Shown in pieces: positions 25,870-39,870 of a stretch of 64,000 bases of DNA; the stretch's first letter is position 1; every line of letters starts with the position of its first letter. This DNA comes from Mobula hypostoma. Its lineage: Eukaryota. Both the position numbers and the translations under genes were made by a program. The DNA lies in the NCBI RefSeq assembly GCF_963921235.1, contig NC_086108.1, positions 14,880,001 to 14,944,000 of the forward strand. The letters are read 5' to 3'. The notes under the pieces are model-generated. The model was not told the origin of the DNA. It made no database searches and was given only the letters and a program-made list of their open reading frames with translations.

Positions 25870-26243
25870 GCATGATAGAAGCTGCAGAAGGTTGTAAATC
25901 TAGTCAGCTCCATCTTGGGTACTAGCCTACAAGGTACCCAGGACGTCTTCAGGGAGCGATGTCTCAGGAAGACACTGTCCATTATTAAGGACCTCCAGCA
26001 CCCAGGGCATGCCCTTTTCTCACTGTTGCCATCAGGTAGGAGGTACAGAAGCCTGAAGGCACACAGTCGGCGATTCAGGAACAGCTTCTTCCCCTCTGCC
26101 ATCCGATTTCTGAATGGACGTTGAAGCTTTGGACACTACCTCACATTTTTTAGTATACAGTATTTCTGTTTTTGCATATTTTTTAATCTATTCAATATAC
26201 ATATACTGTAATTGATTTACTTATTTATTTTTTAAATTTTATT
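25870..26243 (+). mobile_element. Rex1/Babar-like 3' fragment
   Basis: IIKDLQHPGHALFSLLPSGRRYRS...RFRNSFFPSAIR. Confidence 0.8.
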
Positions 26244-28560
26244 TAGTCATAGTCATAGTCATACTTTATTGATCCCGGGGGAAATTGGTTTTCGTTACAG
26301 TTGCACCATAAATAATAAATAGTAATAGAACCATAAATAGTTAAATAGTGATATGTAATTTATGCCAGTAAGTTATGAAATAAGTTCAGGACCAGCCTAT
26401 TGGCTCAGGGTGTCTGACCCTCCAAGGGAGGAGTTGGAAAGTTTGATGGCCACAGGCAGGAATGACTTCCTATGACGCTCTGTGTTGCATCTCGGTGGAA
26501 TGAGTCTCTGGCTGAATGTACTCCTGTGCCCACCCAGTACATTATGTAGTGGATGGGAGACATTGACCAAGATGGCATGCAACTTGGACAGCATCCTCTT
26601 TTCAGACACCACCATGAGAGAGTCCAGTTCCATCCCCACAACATCACTGGCCTTATGAATGAGTTTGTTGATTCTGTTGGTGTCTGCTACCTTCAGCCTG
26701 CTGCCCCAGCACGCAACAGCAAACATGATAGCACTGGCCACGACAGACTCGTAGAACATCCTCAGCATCGTCCAGCAGATGTTAAAGGACCTCAGTCTCC
26801 TCAGGAAATAGAGACGGCTATGTCCCTTCTTGTAGACAGCCTCAGTGTTCTTTGACTAGTCCAGTTTATTGTCAATTCGTATCCCCAGGTATTTGTAATC
26901 CTCCACCATGTCCACACTGACCCCCTGGATGGAAACAGAGGTCGCCGGTACCTTAGCTCTCCTCAGGTCTACTACCAGCTCCTTAGTCTTTTTCACATTA
27001 AGCTGCAGATAATTCTGCTCACACCATGTGACAAAAGTTTCCTACCGTAGCCCTGTACTCAGCCTCATCTCCCTTGCTGATGCATCCAACTATGGCAGAG
27101 TCATCCGAAAACTTCTGAAGATGACAAGACTCTGTGCAGTAGTTGAAGTCCGAGGTATAAATGGTGAAGAGAAAGGGAGACAAGACAGTCCCCTGTGGAG
27201 CCCCAGTGCCGCTGATCACTCTGTCGGACATACAGTGTTGCAAGCACACGTACTGTGGTCTGCCAGTCAGGTAATCAAGAATCCATGACACCAGGGAAGC
27301 ATCCACCTGCATCGCTGTCAGCTTCTCCCCCAGCAAAGCAGGGCGGATGGTGTTGAACGCACTGGAGATGTCAAAAAACATGACCCTCACAGTGCTCGCT
27401 GGCTTGTCCAGGTGGGCGTAGACATGGTTCAGCAGGTAGACTATGGCATCCTCAACTCCTAGTCGGGGCTGGTAGGTGAACTGGAGGGGATCTAAGTGTG
27501 GCCTCACCATAGGCCGGAGCAGCTCCAGAACAAGTCTCTCCAGGGTCTTCATGATGTGGGAGGTCAATGCCACTGGTCTGTAGTCACTGAGGCCGCTGGG
27601 GCGCAGCGTCTTCGGCACAGGGACAAGGCAGGATGTCTTCCACAGTACAGGAACCCTCCAGAGCCTCAGGCTCACGTTGAATACATGGCGAAGTACTCCA
27701 CGTAGCTGAGGGGCACAGGCTTTGAGCACCCTGGTACTGATACCATCCGGTCCTGCAGCCTTGCTTGGGTTGAGACGTTTCAGCTGTCTTCTCACCTGTT
27801 CAGCTGTGAAGCCCACTGTGGTGGTTTCGTGTGGGGAAGGGGTATAGTCATGAGAGCAGGGTGGGGGACTGTGAGGAGGGGTAGGAGAGGAGAGTTGGTT
27901 GGGGGCCGACAACAGATGGCTCATGTGGGGGATGGGCAGGGGCCACAATGTCAAATCTGTTAAAGAACAGATTAAGTTCATTGGCCCTGTCCACACTGCC
28001 TTCAGCTCCTCTGTTGCTAGTTTGCTGGAACCCAGTGATGGTCCTCATTCCCCTCCAGACCTCTCTCATGTTGTTCTGCTGGAGTTTCCACTCAAGCTTC
28101 CTCCTGTACCTGTCTTTAGCCTCCCTGATCCTGGCTTTCATGTCCCTCTGTATTGCCCTCAGCTCCTCCCTATTTCCATCTCTAAACGCCCTCTTTTTAG
28201 CGTTCAGGATGTCCTTAATGTTCTTTGTCACCCATGGCTTGTTATTTGAATAACAAAGATCAGTTCCTGTCGGAACATTGCAGTCCACACAGAAGTTGAT
28301 GTAATCAGTGATGCGCTCTGTGAGCCCATCAATATCCTCTCCATGTGGCTCACTGAGTGCCTGCCAGTCTGTCACCTCAAAACAACCCTGGAGCGCCTCA
28401 TAAGCCTCCTCCGACCATTTCCTCACTGTCCTCAAGGTTGCAGGTTTACTCTTCACCAGAGGCACATAGCAGGGTTTTAGATGCACCAGGTTGTGATCTG
28501 ACCTTCCCAGTGGGGGGAGGGGAGAGGAGCTGTATGCATCCTTAACGTTAGCGTACATCA
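26244..28560 (-). mobile_element. Rex1/Babar-like LINE, 2.3 kb (EN C-terminus + RT)
   Basis: LGRSDH, KAAGPDG, YRPVALTS, GAPQGTVLSP and FSDDS motifs; (ATGACT)n tail. Confidence 0.85.
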
Positions 28561-28562
28561 AA

Positions 28563-28710
28563 TCACACGTGATCAGTGAGAGACAGGTACCCACCGAACA
28601 CACGTGAACTGTGAGTGACAACAACCCACCAAACATAGATCCGTGAGTGGCAGCTACCTACTGAACACACGTGATCACTGAGAGACAGGTACCCACTGAA
28701 CACACGTGGT
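28563..28710. repeat. ~35-bp tandem repeat, ~4 units
   Basis: CACGTGATCAGTGAGAGACAGGTACCCACCGAACA-like units. Confidence 0.7.
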
Positions 28711-28734
28711 CACCAAGAGACGGCTACCCATTGT

Positions 28735-29597
28735 GGCCAAAAATTTCTATTCAAAAGATTTTACAGAATATCTAAACAAGCCTGATGCATTTTGGAAACA
28801 AGTCCTGTGGACTGATGAAGTTAAAATAGAACTTTTTGGCCACAATGAGCAAAGGTATGTTTGGAGAAAAAAGGGTGCAGAATTTCATGAAAAGAACCTC
28901 CAAATGTTAAGCACAGGGGGTGGATCAATCATGCTTTAAGCTTGTGTTGCAGCCAGTGGCATGGGGAACATTTCACTGGTAGAGGGAAGAATGAGTTCAA
29001 TTAAATACCAGCAAATTCTGAAAGCAAACATCACACCATTTGTAAAAAAGCCGAAGGTGAAAAGAGGATGGCTTCTACAACAGGATAATGAACCTAAGCA
29101 CACCTCAAAATCCACAATGGACTACCTCAAGAGGCACAAGCTGAAGGTTTTGCCATGGCCCTCACAGTCCCCCGACCTGAACATCATCGAGAATCTGTGG
29201 ATAGACCTCAAAAGAGCAGTGCATGCAAGACGGCCCAAGAATCTTACAGAACTAGAAGCCTTTTGCAAGGAAGAATGGGCGAAAATCCCCCAAACAAGAA
29301 TTGAAAGACTCTTAGCTGGCTACAGAAAGCATTTACAAGCTGTGATACTTGCCAAAGGGGATATTACTAAGTACTGACCATGCAGGGTGCCCAAACTTTT
29401 GCTTTGGGCCCTTTCCCTTTTTTGATATTTTGAAACTATAAAAGATGGAAATAAAAAAGTTTTCTTGCTTAAAATATTAAAGAAATGTGTCATCTTTAAC
29501 CTTATGCCTTTTGGAAATCAGTTCATCTTTTACTCGCTTAGCTATTCACAGTAACAGAAATTTTGACCAGGGGTGCCCAAACTTTTGCATGCCACTG
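28735..29597 (+). mobile_element. Tc1 transposon, 3' half (DD34E) with right IR/DR-type TIR
   Basis: WTDE, QDN and SPDLNIIE with 34 residues between D and E; repeated GGGTGCCCAAACTTTTGC at ~29385 and ~29572; ends CACTG followed by TA. Confidence 0.9.
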
Positions 29598-29604
29598 TAC
29601 TTTA

Positions 29605-31735
29605 TACAGTGTACGTATATTGAATAGATTAAAAATCGTGCAAAAAACAGAAATACTATATGTTAAAAAAAGTGAGGTAGTGTCCAAGGGTTCAATGACC
29701 ATTTAGGAATTGGATGGCAGAGGGGAAGAAGCTGTTCTTAAATCGCTAAGTGTGTGCCTTCAGGCTTCTGTACTTCCTACCTCACGGTAACAGTGAGACA
29801 AGGGCATGCCCTGGGTGCTGGAGGTCCTTAATAATGGACACTGCGTTTCTGAGACACCACCCCTTGAAGATGTGAAACTTTTCCCCGGGTGTTACATAAT
29901 TGCTGAGCTGTAATCAATGAAGAGCATCCTGTATCTACGTTTGCTGTCCAGATGTTCCAGTGTTGTGGGAAGAGCCAATGAGATGGCATCCGCTGTTGAC
30001 CTGTTGCTTCAGTAGCCAGATTGGAGGGATCCAAGTCACTACTCAGACAGGAACTGATAGGTTTCAACACTGACCTTTCAGAATACTTAATCACTGTGGA
30101 TGTAAGTGCCACTGGGCGACAGTCATTGGGACAGGTTACCAACTCTTATTGGGCAGTGGTATGATTGAAGCCTGCTTGAAGCAGGTGGGTGCCACACACT
30201 GCCAGAGTGAGAGGTTGAAGATATCCGTGAACACACCAGCTCGAGTCTTCAGTACTCAGCCAGGTACTCCACCCGGACAAGATGCTCTCCTTGTATTCAC
30301 TCTCTTGAAGGCAGCCCACAGGTCATCTTCAGATACTGAGACCAAAGAATCATTGGGAGACATGGGGGCGCGCGATGGTTCCCCCATGTTCTGGTGGTCA
30401 AAGTAAGCACAGAAGACATTGAGCTCATCGGAAGCGAAACTCTGCTGTCCCCTATGTAGCAAGATTTAACTTTGTAGGAGGTTATGGCATTCAAACCTTG
30501 CCACAACCGGTGGGCATTTCTCGTTAATTCCAGTCTAGTCCAGAATCTCCACTTTGCCGAAAATGGCTTTCTGGAGATTATACCTGCACCTCTTGCAGCA
30601 TTCTTGATCTCCAGACTTGAATGCTTCTGATCTGGCTCTCAGCAGATTCCAGATTTCATTGTTCATCCAGGGCTTGTGATTGTGGAAAACCCTGAATGAT
30701 TTTGTGGGGACACACTCATCCACTGCTGTTTTAATGAAGTCTGTAACGTGAGTGCTCGAACATGCCCAGTCCAGCAACTGTTCCTCTGCCTCCCACATCC
30801 ACCTCTTAGTTGCCGTAATCCCTGGAGCCTTGCTTTTTAGGCTCTGTCTGCATGTTGGAGGTTGGAGTGCAGCCAAATGATCCGATTTGACAGGTTTTGG
30901 TGATCTTGAAGGTTTCTCACCTCTTCCAATATTTGGAAGAGTTCAGTGCGCGTGCAACAGCTCAGCACTCTGAAACTTGCTGGGTTTTATGTCGGAGATC
31001 ATTCTTCATTGTCTTTTGATAGATAATTGGTGCAGAGAGCCAGCAGCTCTCAATTCCGGATAGTTTAACATATTTGATATTAAGGCATTTTGACAGGTTA
31101 CATCATGGCCTGGTACAGCAATTTGAATGCCATGATGTAACCTGTCAAGATATCTTCATCTGCACATGACTCAATGGTTTTTCAGAGTGTTTGATGACAA
31201 GCCAAATCTCTTTAGCCTCTCAGAAAGTAAACACGCTGATGAGCCTTCCTCCTGATTGTGAAGTTCATGAAGTACTTTACCCAATAAATCACTGGCACAT
31301 CCCTCCCTACAATTGGCAGGACCTTCAGGAGGTGCTGCCGCAACAAGACAGCGTTCATCATCGAAGCTCCCCACCCTGCCTTCTTATCACAGGTGCCATT
31401 GGGCAGGAAGCAGGAAATCCTGATGCCCCTCGACGCCGGGTTCAAGAAGAGCTATTTCCCTTCGGTCATTCATTTCTTGAACCAATCAGCACAACCCTAA
31501 TTACTATTAGTCAGCAGTTATGATGACTTTGATCACCTTGCATCAAAATGGACTTTGTTTTTGTTCTAGTTGTGTTCTTTCTTGTGTAATATTTGTATAA
31601 TATACATTTAATTTATGTTTATCTTGTGAATGCTGTATTTCTGATGTATATGTCTGTAATGCTGCTGGAAATAAGTTTTTCATTGCACCTGTCCATACAT
31701 ATACTTGTGCTTTTATGACGATAAACTCGACTTTT
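29605..31735. mobile_element. Several Rex1/Babar-like fragments
   Basis: RPVALTST, KPWMNNEI and KAHQRVYFLR motifs; 3' tails; an inverted piece near 31270. Confidence 0.7.
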
Positions 31736-32564
31736 TCAAATTTTTCAACTTTATTTTCAGTCAAGACAACTGTGCATTTGTGGGTGGCTCAGTCACAGTT
31801 CACCCCCACACAGAAGAAAGTAATTCCCATTGTCCCAGGATTTGTTTATGTGTGTCAGGAGTTAGGAGGTTTTGAAGTGCTGACACAGCTGTTCAGAGAT
31901 CAGATCTGTGTGCTGAACCAGTCAGTTTGGTCTGCCCCTTACACCCTCCCCATTCAGAGTACACTCAGCTGGAGCCATTAATCCTGCCTTTATCACATCT
32001 ACCTGCACAATCCTGCACTAAACTCATTACGATGGTGGATAGGTAATCCAATATACTGATAATTTACTCTTGGTTGGGACTCTGACCTAATATAATTATT
32101 ACTCAAAGGATGAGAGTCACTCAACACTGTTTGCTGTTCCAGCAAGTTTCTGCTGTGTGATGGCTGGAACTCAAGAGTCCCAGTAGCCCACAAACAGACA
32201 GCCTGAAGTAACCTTTTTGTCCTGAGAGTGGGCCAGTTGAAATGGAGGATCATCCAGAAGGTATATCAGCATAACAGGAGCAGGAATAAACCACTTGGCC
32301 CCTGAAACGCCCCCTAATTCTATAAGAAGCTGGCTAATCTGGTAAAGCTGTGTTGTTCGCATTTTAAGCTTAACTTCCCTGCTCTAATATTCCAAGGGTA
32401 ATCCAACTGTGTTGCAGACAGTGGATTTGCTAAAAGAGTGTGGAGAAGAATGCAAGTGTTTGTGTCTGAATTCATCCCCAAAAGCATAGCAGAGGACTCT
32501 CTGACCTAGGGGCTGTTCCCAGGGATGCACACCGAGACAGATACCAAGTGCTGCTGAAAGTTCA

Positions 32565-32831
32565 TCAACTTAGCTCTTTGATCTGCACAAAACCTATTGG
32601 TCTTCCAGCGCAGTGAGATGTCCGTATGGGGTGCTGCAGGCTGGCACACTCCAGGCCGCAGGAGTAGGTGCTGTGGGATGCACATACACAGTGGTGGTTA
32701 GGTAATGCTCTCCTCTTTGGGGAATGGCCACAGTCTAATCTCTTTCCACTACTGCATATGAAGGGATTGTCAGATGGGGAAACATTGAAAGGTGTTTCAC
32801 CCCTGGGGGCCACATGAGTGGCAACCGTGCT
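32565..32831 (-). CDS. Candidate terminal exon of an unidentified host gene
   Basis: Acceptor gctttttaattgacag, then 88 open codons and a stop (STVATHVAPRG...IKELS*), then ~800 bp unique sequence and an AATAAA at 31750-31755. Confidence 0.45.
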   Translation of the reverse strand, partial: STVATHVAPRGETPFNVSPSDNPFICSSGKRLDCGHSPKRRALPNHHCVCASHSTYSCGLECASLQHPIRTSHCAGRPIGFVQIKELS

Positions 32832-33084
32832 CTGTCAATTAAAAAGCTTTAACACTCCTGAATGTATTAACCAGATGATTCTAAGAATGTAAAACTTTTC
32901 ACACTGTCTTTTATTCATCAAGATTAAAGTCTATTTTTGAACTGAAAATTAAAAAAAGATATTCTAATCTCAGCTAATAAAGAAAAGTATCTGCTGAGAC
33001 TCTTTGAGTTTGCCTTGTTGCTTCTATGCAAAATACTGTCTAAGGTCCTTCTGTTGCTTCCCACCACTCAATATACAGTGGTTT

Positions 33085-33800
33085 TTTTCTCCCCTTGCCT
33101 CAGTGGAAAAAGCCTGCTTGTATTCACTCTGTCTATACCCATCATAATTTTATATACCTCCATCAAATCTCCCCTCATTCTTCTACGCTTCAGGGAATAA
33201 AGTCCTAACTTATTCAACCTTTCTCTGTAACTCAATTTCTTAAGTTCCAGCAACATCCTTTTAAACCTTCTCTGCACTCTTTCAACCTTATTTATATCCT
33301 TCCTGTAATTTGGTGACCAAAACTGAACACAATACTCCAGATTCGGCCTCACCAATGTCTTATACAACCTCACCATAACATTCCAGCGCTTATACTCAAT
33401 ACTTTGATTAATAAAGGCCAATGTACCAAAAGCTCTCTTTACGACCCTATCTACCTGTGACGCCACTTTTAGGGAATTTTGTATCTGTACTCCCAGATCC
33501 CTCTGTTCCACTGCACTCCTCAGTGCCTTACCATTAACCCTGTATGTTCTACGTTGGTTTGTCCTTCCAACGTGCAATACCTCACACTTGTCAGTATTAA
33601 ACTCCATCTGCCATTTTTCGGCCCATTTTTCCAGCTGATCCAAATCCCTCTGCAAGCTTTGAAAACCTTCCTCACTGTCCACTACACCTCCAATCTTTGT
33701 ATCATCAGCAAATTTGCTGATCCAATTTATCACATTATCATCCAGATCTTTGATATAGATGACAAATAACAATGGACCCAGCACTGATCCCTGTGGCAGA
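33085..33800 (-). mobile_element. CR1 RT fragment
   Basis: 238-aa ORF with LGPLLF, FADDTK and RPNLEYCVQFWSP. Confidence 0.92.
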
Positions 33801-33929
33801 CCACACCACTAAATGTAGAAAGATTTGTAAAACATGAAATAGAGATATATAGGAATGAACATAAACCTCAGAATCTGAGGCAGGCGATATAGGAAAGCGT
33901 ACCATGTGCCTTTTCAACCAGTCTGTTGC

Positions 33930-36900
33930 CTGGGAAGGTGTCTCAGTCCATCCGCTCCATTTACTATCCTCCCACTCTTTGTATATCCCCGCACTTCGTT
34001 GCAGTTTCCTGACTTCATTACCTCACACCTCTCAGGATTAAACTCTATTTGCCATCTGACCAACTCTCTGCTGTCAATCTCATGGCCAATGTTTATTGCA
34101 TCTGCAACCTTGCTTATTATGACCCCCCCCCCCTTTTTCAATTTCACTATTTCACTGCACTGTGTAATAATCAGATCTGTATGAACTGTACACAAAACAA
34201 GCTTTTCACCATATCTCGGTACATGTGACAATATTAAACCAATTCCACTTCCAATTTGTCTACGTCTCCTTCCAGCCACTAAAACACTCATCACCTATTA
34301 CCTTTTGTTTCCTGCCAAGCTAGGCTTTAAGATATCCTTAGAAGCCACCATCTTTTATCTTGACCAGACTGACATGAGGTACCTTATCAAAATTTTTGCT
34401 ATAGTCCACATAGACTGCATTAAACTCACCACCCCAATGATGCTCCATTTTACAATGTCATTGAAGTAAACAGAAAGTCGAGTGTGCCTTCACGTATGAA
34501 GTCCATGCTGGCTCTTCCTGATTAACTTGTCCCTGGCCAAGCAAAGCTTCATGCTGTTACAGCCAATTGCTCCAATAATTTATTTCCCAGTGAAGTTAAA
34601 TTAATTGCCCTGTAACTGCCCGGTTTATCCCTTCCACTCTCTTTAAACAATGGTAGAAAGTCAGCAGCCCCCCGATCCTCCTTTAGCCAGGGAGGACAGG
34701 AAAACTGTACTCAGAATCTCTGGAATTTCCTCCCTTGCTCCCCTTCACAGCCTCAAAGAGACTTCATCCTGGCCTGGGGATTTATGCAAGATGTTAAACC
34801 CTTTCAGACTTTCACTTTTGATTGTAAATTATGAGATGTTTTGCGCAGACAGATATCTTTCCCCAGGGTGGAAACACTAAACACTAGGATACATGCATTT
34901 AAGGTGAGAGGGGGAAAGCTTAGAGGAGATGAGTGAGGCACGTATGGAGGGTGTCTGGAATGGGTTGCCAGTGAAGGCAGATAGGAGAGAGGCATTTAAG
35001 AGGCTGTCAGATAGAGCTATGAAGAAGCCAGGAATAGAGGGATTATGGATCATGTACAAGCAGAAGGGATGTTGTTCCCTTCAGCTTTGTGTTCAACACA
35101 GACATTGAGTGCTGCACTGTTCCAACTCCTTTGTTTATTAGATTTATCCCATCAAATATTTCACATTTTAACTCTTCCACAAAACACCGACATTATCAAC
35201 TATCTACTGAGAATCTTATCCTCATGATCACTATCCAGATCATATTGTTGGCTATCTTCAGCCTGTACTTTTTCCTCACTAATTTTCCTGGACTTTATGC
35301 AATTATAAAACTCCCTGGATTGTTTTTTGGACTTTGCTTGCCAGCATTCTCTCACTCTACCCCCCACCTCCCCCCACCCCCGGCACTTCTCAGCTCTTCT
35401 AGCATCTACACCCGGTCCATTTTTGCTAAATTACCTCCTAGTCCTGTGAAATTGGCCAGCAGTCAATTTAGAAACTTTCTTCCTTTTCCAAATCTATTCT
35501 GAATCTGAGTCCAGATCACAACCGCAAACTGCTCTCCAACTGAGACTTTATTCATCTGCTCAGCTATGCTCTACGTTTCTAACTCCGTTATAATTGTTGG
35601 TGAGACCACCCGGAGTACTGTCCACATTTTTTGTTGCCACACCGTAGGAAAGGTTCCATTAAGGTGGAAAGGGTGCTGGAGCAATTCATGAGGATGTTAC
35701 CAGAACTGGAGGGTTTGAGTTCTAAGGAGAAGCTGAATAGGCTGGGATTGTTTTCCCTGGAATGAAGGCAGCTGAGGAGTGACCCCATAGAAGTTTATAA
35801 AGTCATGATAGGCAAAAATAAGGTGAATGGCCACAGTGTACTCCCCAGGATAGAGGAGTCTAAAGCAAGGGGACAACGGCTTAAGATAAGATGGGAAAGA
35901 TTTTCAAAGTTCAAATTCCAAAGTATATTTATTATCACAGTAGGTATACTTTATACAACCTTGAGATTTGTCTCCTTACAGGCAGCCACAAAACAAAGGA
36001 AGCCAATAGAACCCTTTGAAGAAATACAAGACCGTCAAACACCCAATGTGCATAGTGAAAAAACAAATCATGCAAACAATAAAAGTAAGCAAATACTACT
36101 CAGAACGGAAGTTCACAAAGTGAGTCCATAGACACAAAGCCAGGCATCTCTGCAGCCGATTCAGGCGCAGGCCTTAGCCCCAGTTCAGCGCAGAGACGAG
36201 TAATCCTCACGTAGAAGTGAGCTCAACTGGCCCATCCCTCGCCTCCGGCCCCAACACTCAATCGCTTCAATTTGGCCCGGTGCTTCAATTGTCCAGACCT
36301 TGGGTTGCTCCTTGCTCTCGGGCCTGGGCCCGCCGCTTCAGTTTGGCCCATCCCTGACCTTTCCAATTTAGCCCTGTGCTTAAATTGATCAAACCTCGGA
36401 TCTTTCCTCACTTGGGCCCGGGCTCCACTTTGACTGCCTAGCCTCCACTCGCCTCACCTCAGTTCTGTCGACCTAATCACCTTTCAAGTCCACTCCAGCA
36501 ATGGCCAAACATTTTAAAGAGTAACTGAGGGGCAAGAGTGATAGTTATATGGAATGAGCTGCCAGAGGAAGGTGGGTACATTAAAAACATTTAAACAACC
36601 CATTCGGACAGGTCCACAGACATGAAATGAAATGAATAGGATTAGCTCAGTCAGCAAGGACGAGTGGGGTTAATGGGCTGGTTTCCACGTTGTGTAACTT
36701 TACAACTTCTTACAGCCGTTCATTGTTCCGCAACTACACACATGTTGCCTGACCTGCTGACTTGTTTTGGATTTCTAGCAGTCTCCAATCACTGTTACAA
36801 TAGAGGTGATATGGGAGACAGTGTGTGCACAGCAAGATTCTACAATGCGCAGTCTGCTAACGGCTACATTAGTGTGACCTGGATTGTGGGGACACCTTCC

Positions 36901-37870
36901 CTGCTCTGTGTTATGCAATGCCATAGGACCTTGTGCATCTACTCAGAAAGGGGCTAGTGGCTAGTCTGGAAGACCAGTTAAACCAGGGCAGGATTTACAC
37001 AGTAAATGGTAGAGCCCCAGAGGGTGTTGTAGAACAGAGAAACCAAGAGGTACAGATACATAATTCCCTGAAAGTGGCACAATGGGAAGAGAGGTGGCTA
37101 ACTCCTTGACTGACTCTTGGCTTCATCAGTCAGAGTGCTGAGAATTGAGACTTCATGATACAACTCCTGCTGCTATTTGTAAGGAGTTTGTACATTCTCC
37201 CCCTCCCACCCCACCCCGTGATTGCATGGGTTTCCTGAATCCAGGTGCTCTGGTTTCCTCCCACAGTCCAAAGATGAGTCAGTTGATAGGTTAACTGGTC
37301 ATTGTAAGTTGTCCTGTGATTGGGGGTTGTTGGGCAGTGCAACTCAAAGGTCTGGAGGGACCGACTCCACTCTGTTTCTCAATAAATAAGTAAATAAATG
37401 AGCTGTACAAGCCATTAGTGAGACCATACCTGAAGCACTATATGCAGGAAGGATATCATTAAACTTGAGAAGATCAGAACAGATTCACACATCTGCTACT
37501 GGGACTGGTTTCCCAGGAGTGAAATAGGCTGGGTGGGGGGTGGTGACCTTGTAGATGTTTATAAAATCATAAGGGATCTAGATAAGGTTAATGGTTGCAG
37601 ACTTTTTATCCATGGTAGGGGAGTCAAAAACTAGAGGGCATTGGTTTTTACACAGATGGTGGAGGGTATGTGGAATGAGCTGGCAGAGGAAGTGGTTGAG
37701 GTAGATACAATTACAGTGTCTTAAAAACATTTGACCAGGTACATGCACAGGAAAAGTTTAGAGGAACGTGGGCCAAACACAGGCAAATTAGACTAGTTCA
37801 GGTAGGCACCTTGGTCAGGACGGATGAGTTGAACCAAAGGGTCTGATTGTGTGCTTGCATGACACTCTCA
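33930..37870. mobile_element. Patchwork of decayed CR1 fragments and SINE-like inserts
   Basis: CR1 RT and 3' remnants on both strands; SINE-like inserts at ~35903-36510 and ~37165-37400. Confidence 0.65.
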
Positions 37871-37958
37871 CTCCCTCAGCAGCAGGGAAAGTCATTGTCC
37901 TCCAACCTGCCCAAAGATGGTTATATCACTAACCCAGATTAATGTCAGTCACTTTTAC

Positions 37959-38017
37959 CATCCACACATTCGAAAGTGTGTCTGCATTCACATCTTCAAT
38001 ATCCCCCACTATATACA
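37959..38017 (-). CDS. Candidate internal exon (59 nt, phase 1 to 0)
   Basis: tttctgttaaatag | (L)YIVGDIEDVNADTLSNVWM | gtaaaa. Confidence 0.45.
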
Positions 38018-38101
38018 CTATTTAACAGAAACTTTGCACCATCTATTTTGAGTCAAACTTCCTCTAAAACATCAGATGTGCAATTCTACTGAAGTACATA
38101 C

Positions 38102-38147
38102 AATTGCACAACTTGTTCCTGCAGCCACCATGATGTTTATCAGGTAT
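38102..38147 (-). CDS. Candidate internal exon (46 nt, phase 0 to 1)
   Basis: ttctgtttcaacag | IPDKHHGGCRNKLCN | gtatgt; 84-bp intron to the next exon. Confidence 0.45.
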
Positions 38148-39157
38148 CTGTTGAAACAGAATAATCATCGGTTCCAAATTCATGCAAAATTTTAATTAAT
38201 TAATTGTGACTCATGGACTTACAGAAAACAACAACTTAGAAACAAGCCCTGTGGCCCATCTAGTCCATGCTGACCCATTTAAACTGCCTACTCCCATTGA
38301 CCTGCACCTGAACTATAGATCCCAGGTTAGAAAGCCCTGCCTTAACCCCAACCCATGACCTCTAGTTGTAGTCTCACCCAATGTCAGTGGAAAAGGTTTT
38401 CTTGCATTTATCCTGTCTATACCCCTCATAATTTTGTATACCGCTATCAAATCCCCCCATCAATCCTTTATGTTCCAGGGAATAAAGTCCTAACTTATTC
38501 AATCTTTCCTGATAACTCAGGTCCTTCAGTTCAGCAATCAGCAATATTCATGTAAAATCCCCCTGCACTCTTTCAACCTTATTTACATCTTTCCTGTAGG
38601 TAAGTGACCATAACCACACACAATACTCCAAATTCGGCCTCACCAACATCTTATACAACTTCAACATAATATCCCATTTCCCATACTCAGTACTTTGATC
38701 TATGAAAAGCAATATGCCAAAAGCTTTCTTTACGACCCTATCTACGTATGATGCCACTTTCAATGAATTATGGGCCTGTATTTCCAGGTGCCTTTGTTCT
38801 ACTACACTCCTCAGTGCCCTACTGTTAATTGTGTAAGACCTACCCTGGTTGGTCCTCCCAATGTGCAACACCTCACACTAGTCTGCATTAAATTTCATCT
38901 ACCATTTTTTAGTCCTATTTTACAGCTGGTCCAGATCCTGATGAATGCTTTGATAGTCTTCCTCACTGTCCAATACAACCCCAGTCTTGGTGTCATCTGC
39001 AAATTTGCTGATCCAGTTAACCATGTTATCAACCAGATCATGGATCTAGATGACAAACAATATCAAACCCAGCACCAATCCTTGTGGCACTCCGCTAGTC
39101 ACAGGCCTCTAATCAGAGAGAAAACTATCTACTACCACTCTCTGGCTTCTCCCACAA

Positions 39158-39870
39158 AGTCAAGTCAAGTCAAGTCGAGTCATTTTTTATCGTCATTTCG
39201 ACCATAGCTGCTGGTACAGTACACAGTAAAAACGAGACAACGTTTTTCAGGACCATGGTGCTACATGAACAATACAAAAACTACACTGAACTACGTAAAA
39301 CAACACAAAACTACACTAGACTACAGACCTACCCAGGACTGCATAAAGTGCACAAAACAGTGCAGGCATTACAATAAATAATAAACAAGACAATAGGCAC
39401 AGTAGAGGGCAGTAGGTTGGTGTCAGTCCAGACTCTGGGTATTGGGGAGACTGACGGCTTGGGGGAAGAAACTGTTACATAGTCTGGTCGTGAGAGCCCG
39501 AATACTTAGGTGCCTTTTGCCAGATGGCAGGAGGGAGGAGAGTTTGAATGAGGGATGCGGGGGGTCCTTCATAATGCTGTTCGCTTTACAGATGCAGTGT
39601 GTGGTGTAAATGTCTGTAATGGCGGGAAGAGAGAACCCGATGATCTTCTCAGCTGACCTCACTATCGATCTGAGATGGTGCAATTTCTGAACCAGGCAGT
39701 GATGCAGCTGCTCAGGATGCCCTCAATACAACCTCTGTAGAATGTGGTGAGGATGGGGGGTGGGAGATGGACTTTTCTCAGACTTCACAGAAAGTAGAGA
39801 CGCTGCTGGGCTTTCTTTGCTATGGAGCTGGTGTTGAGGGACCAGGTGAGATTCTCCGCCAGGTGAACAC
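39158..39870 (-). mobile_element. Rex1/Babar-like 3' fragment
   Basis: Highly similar to 11899-12630, with the same (TGACT)n tail. Confidence 0.85.
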
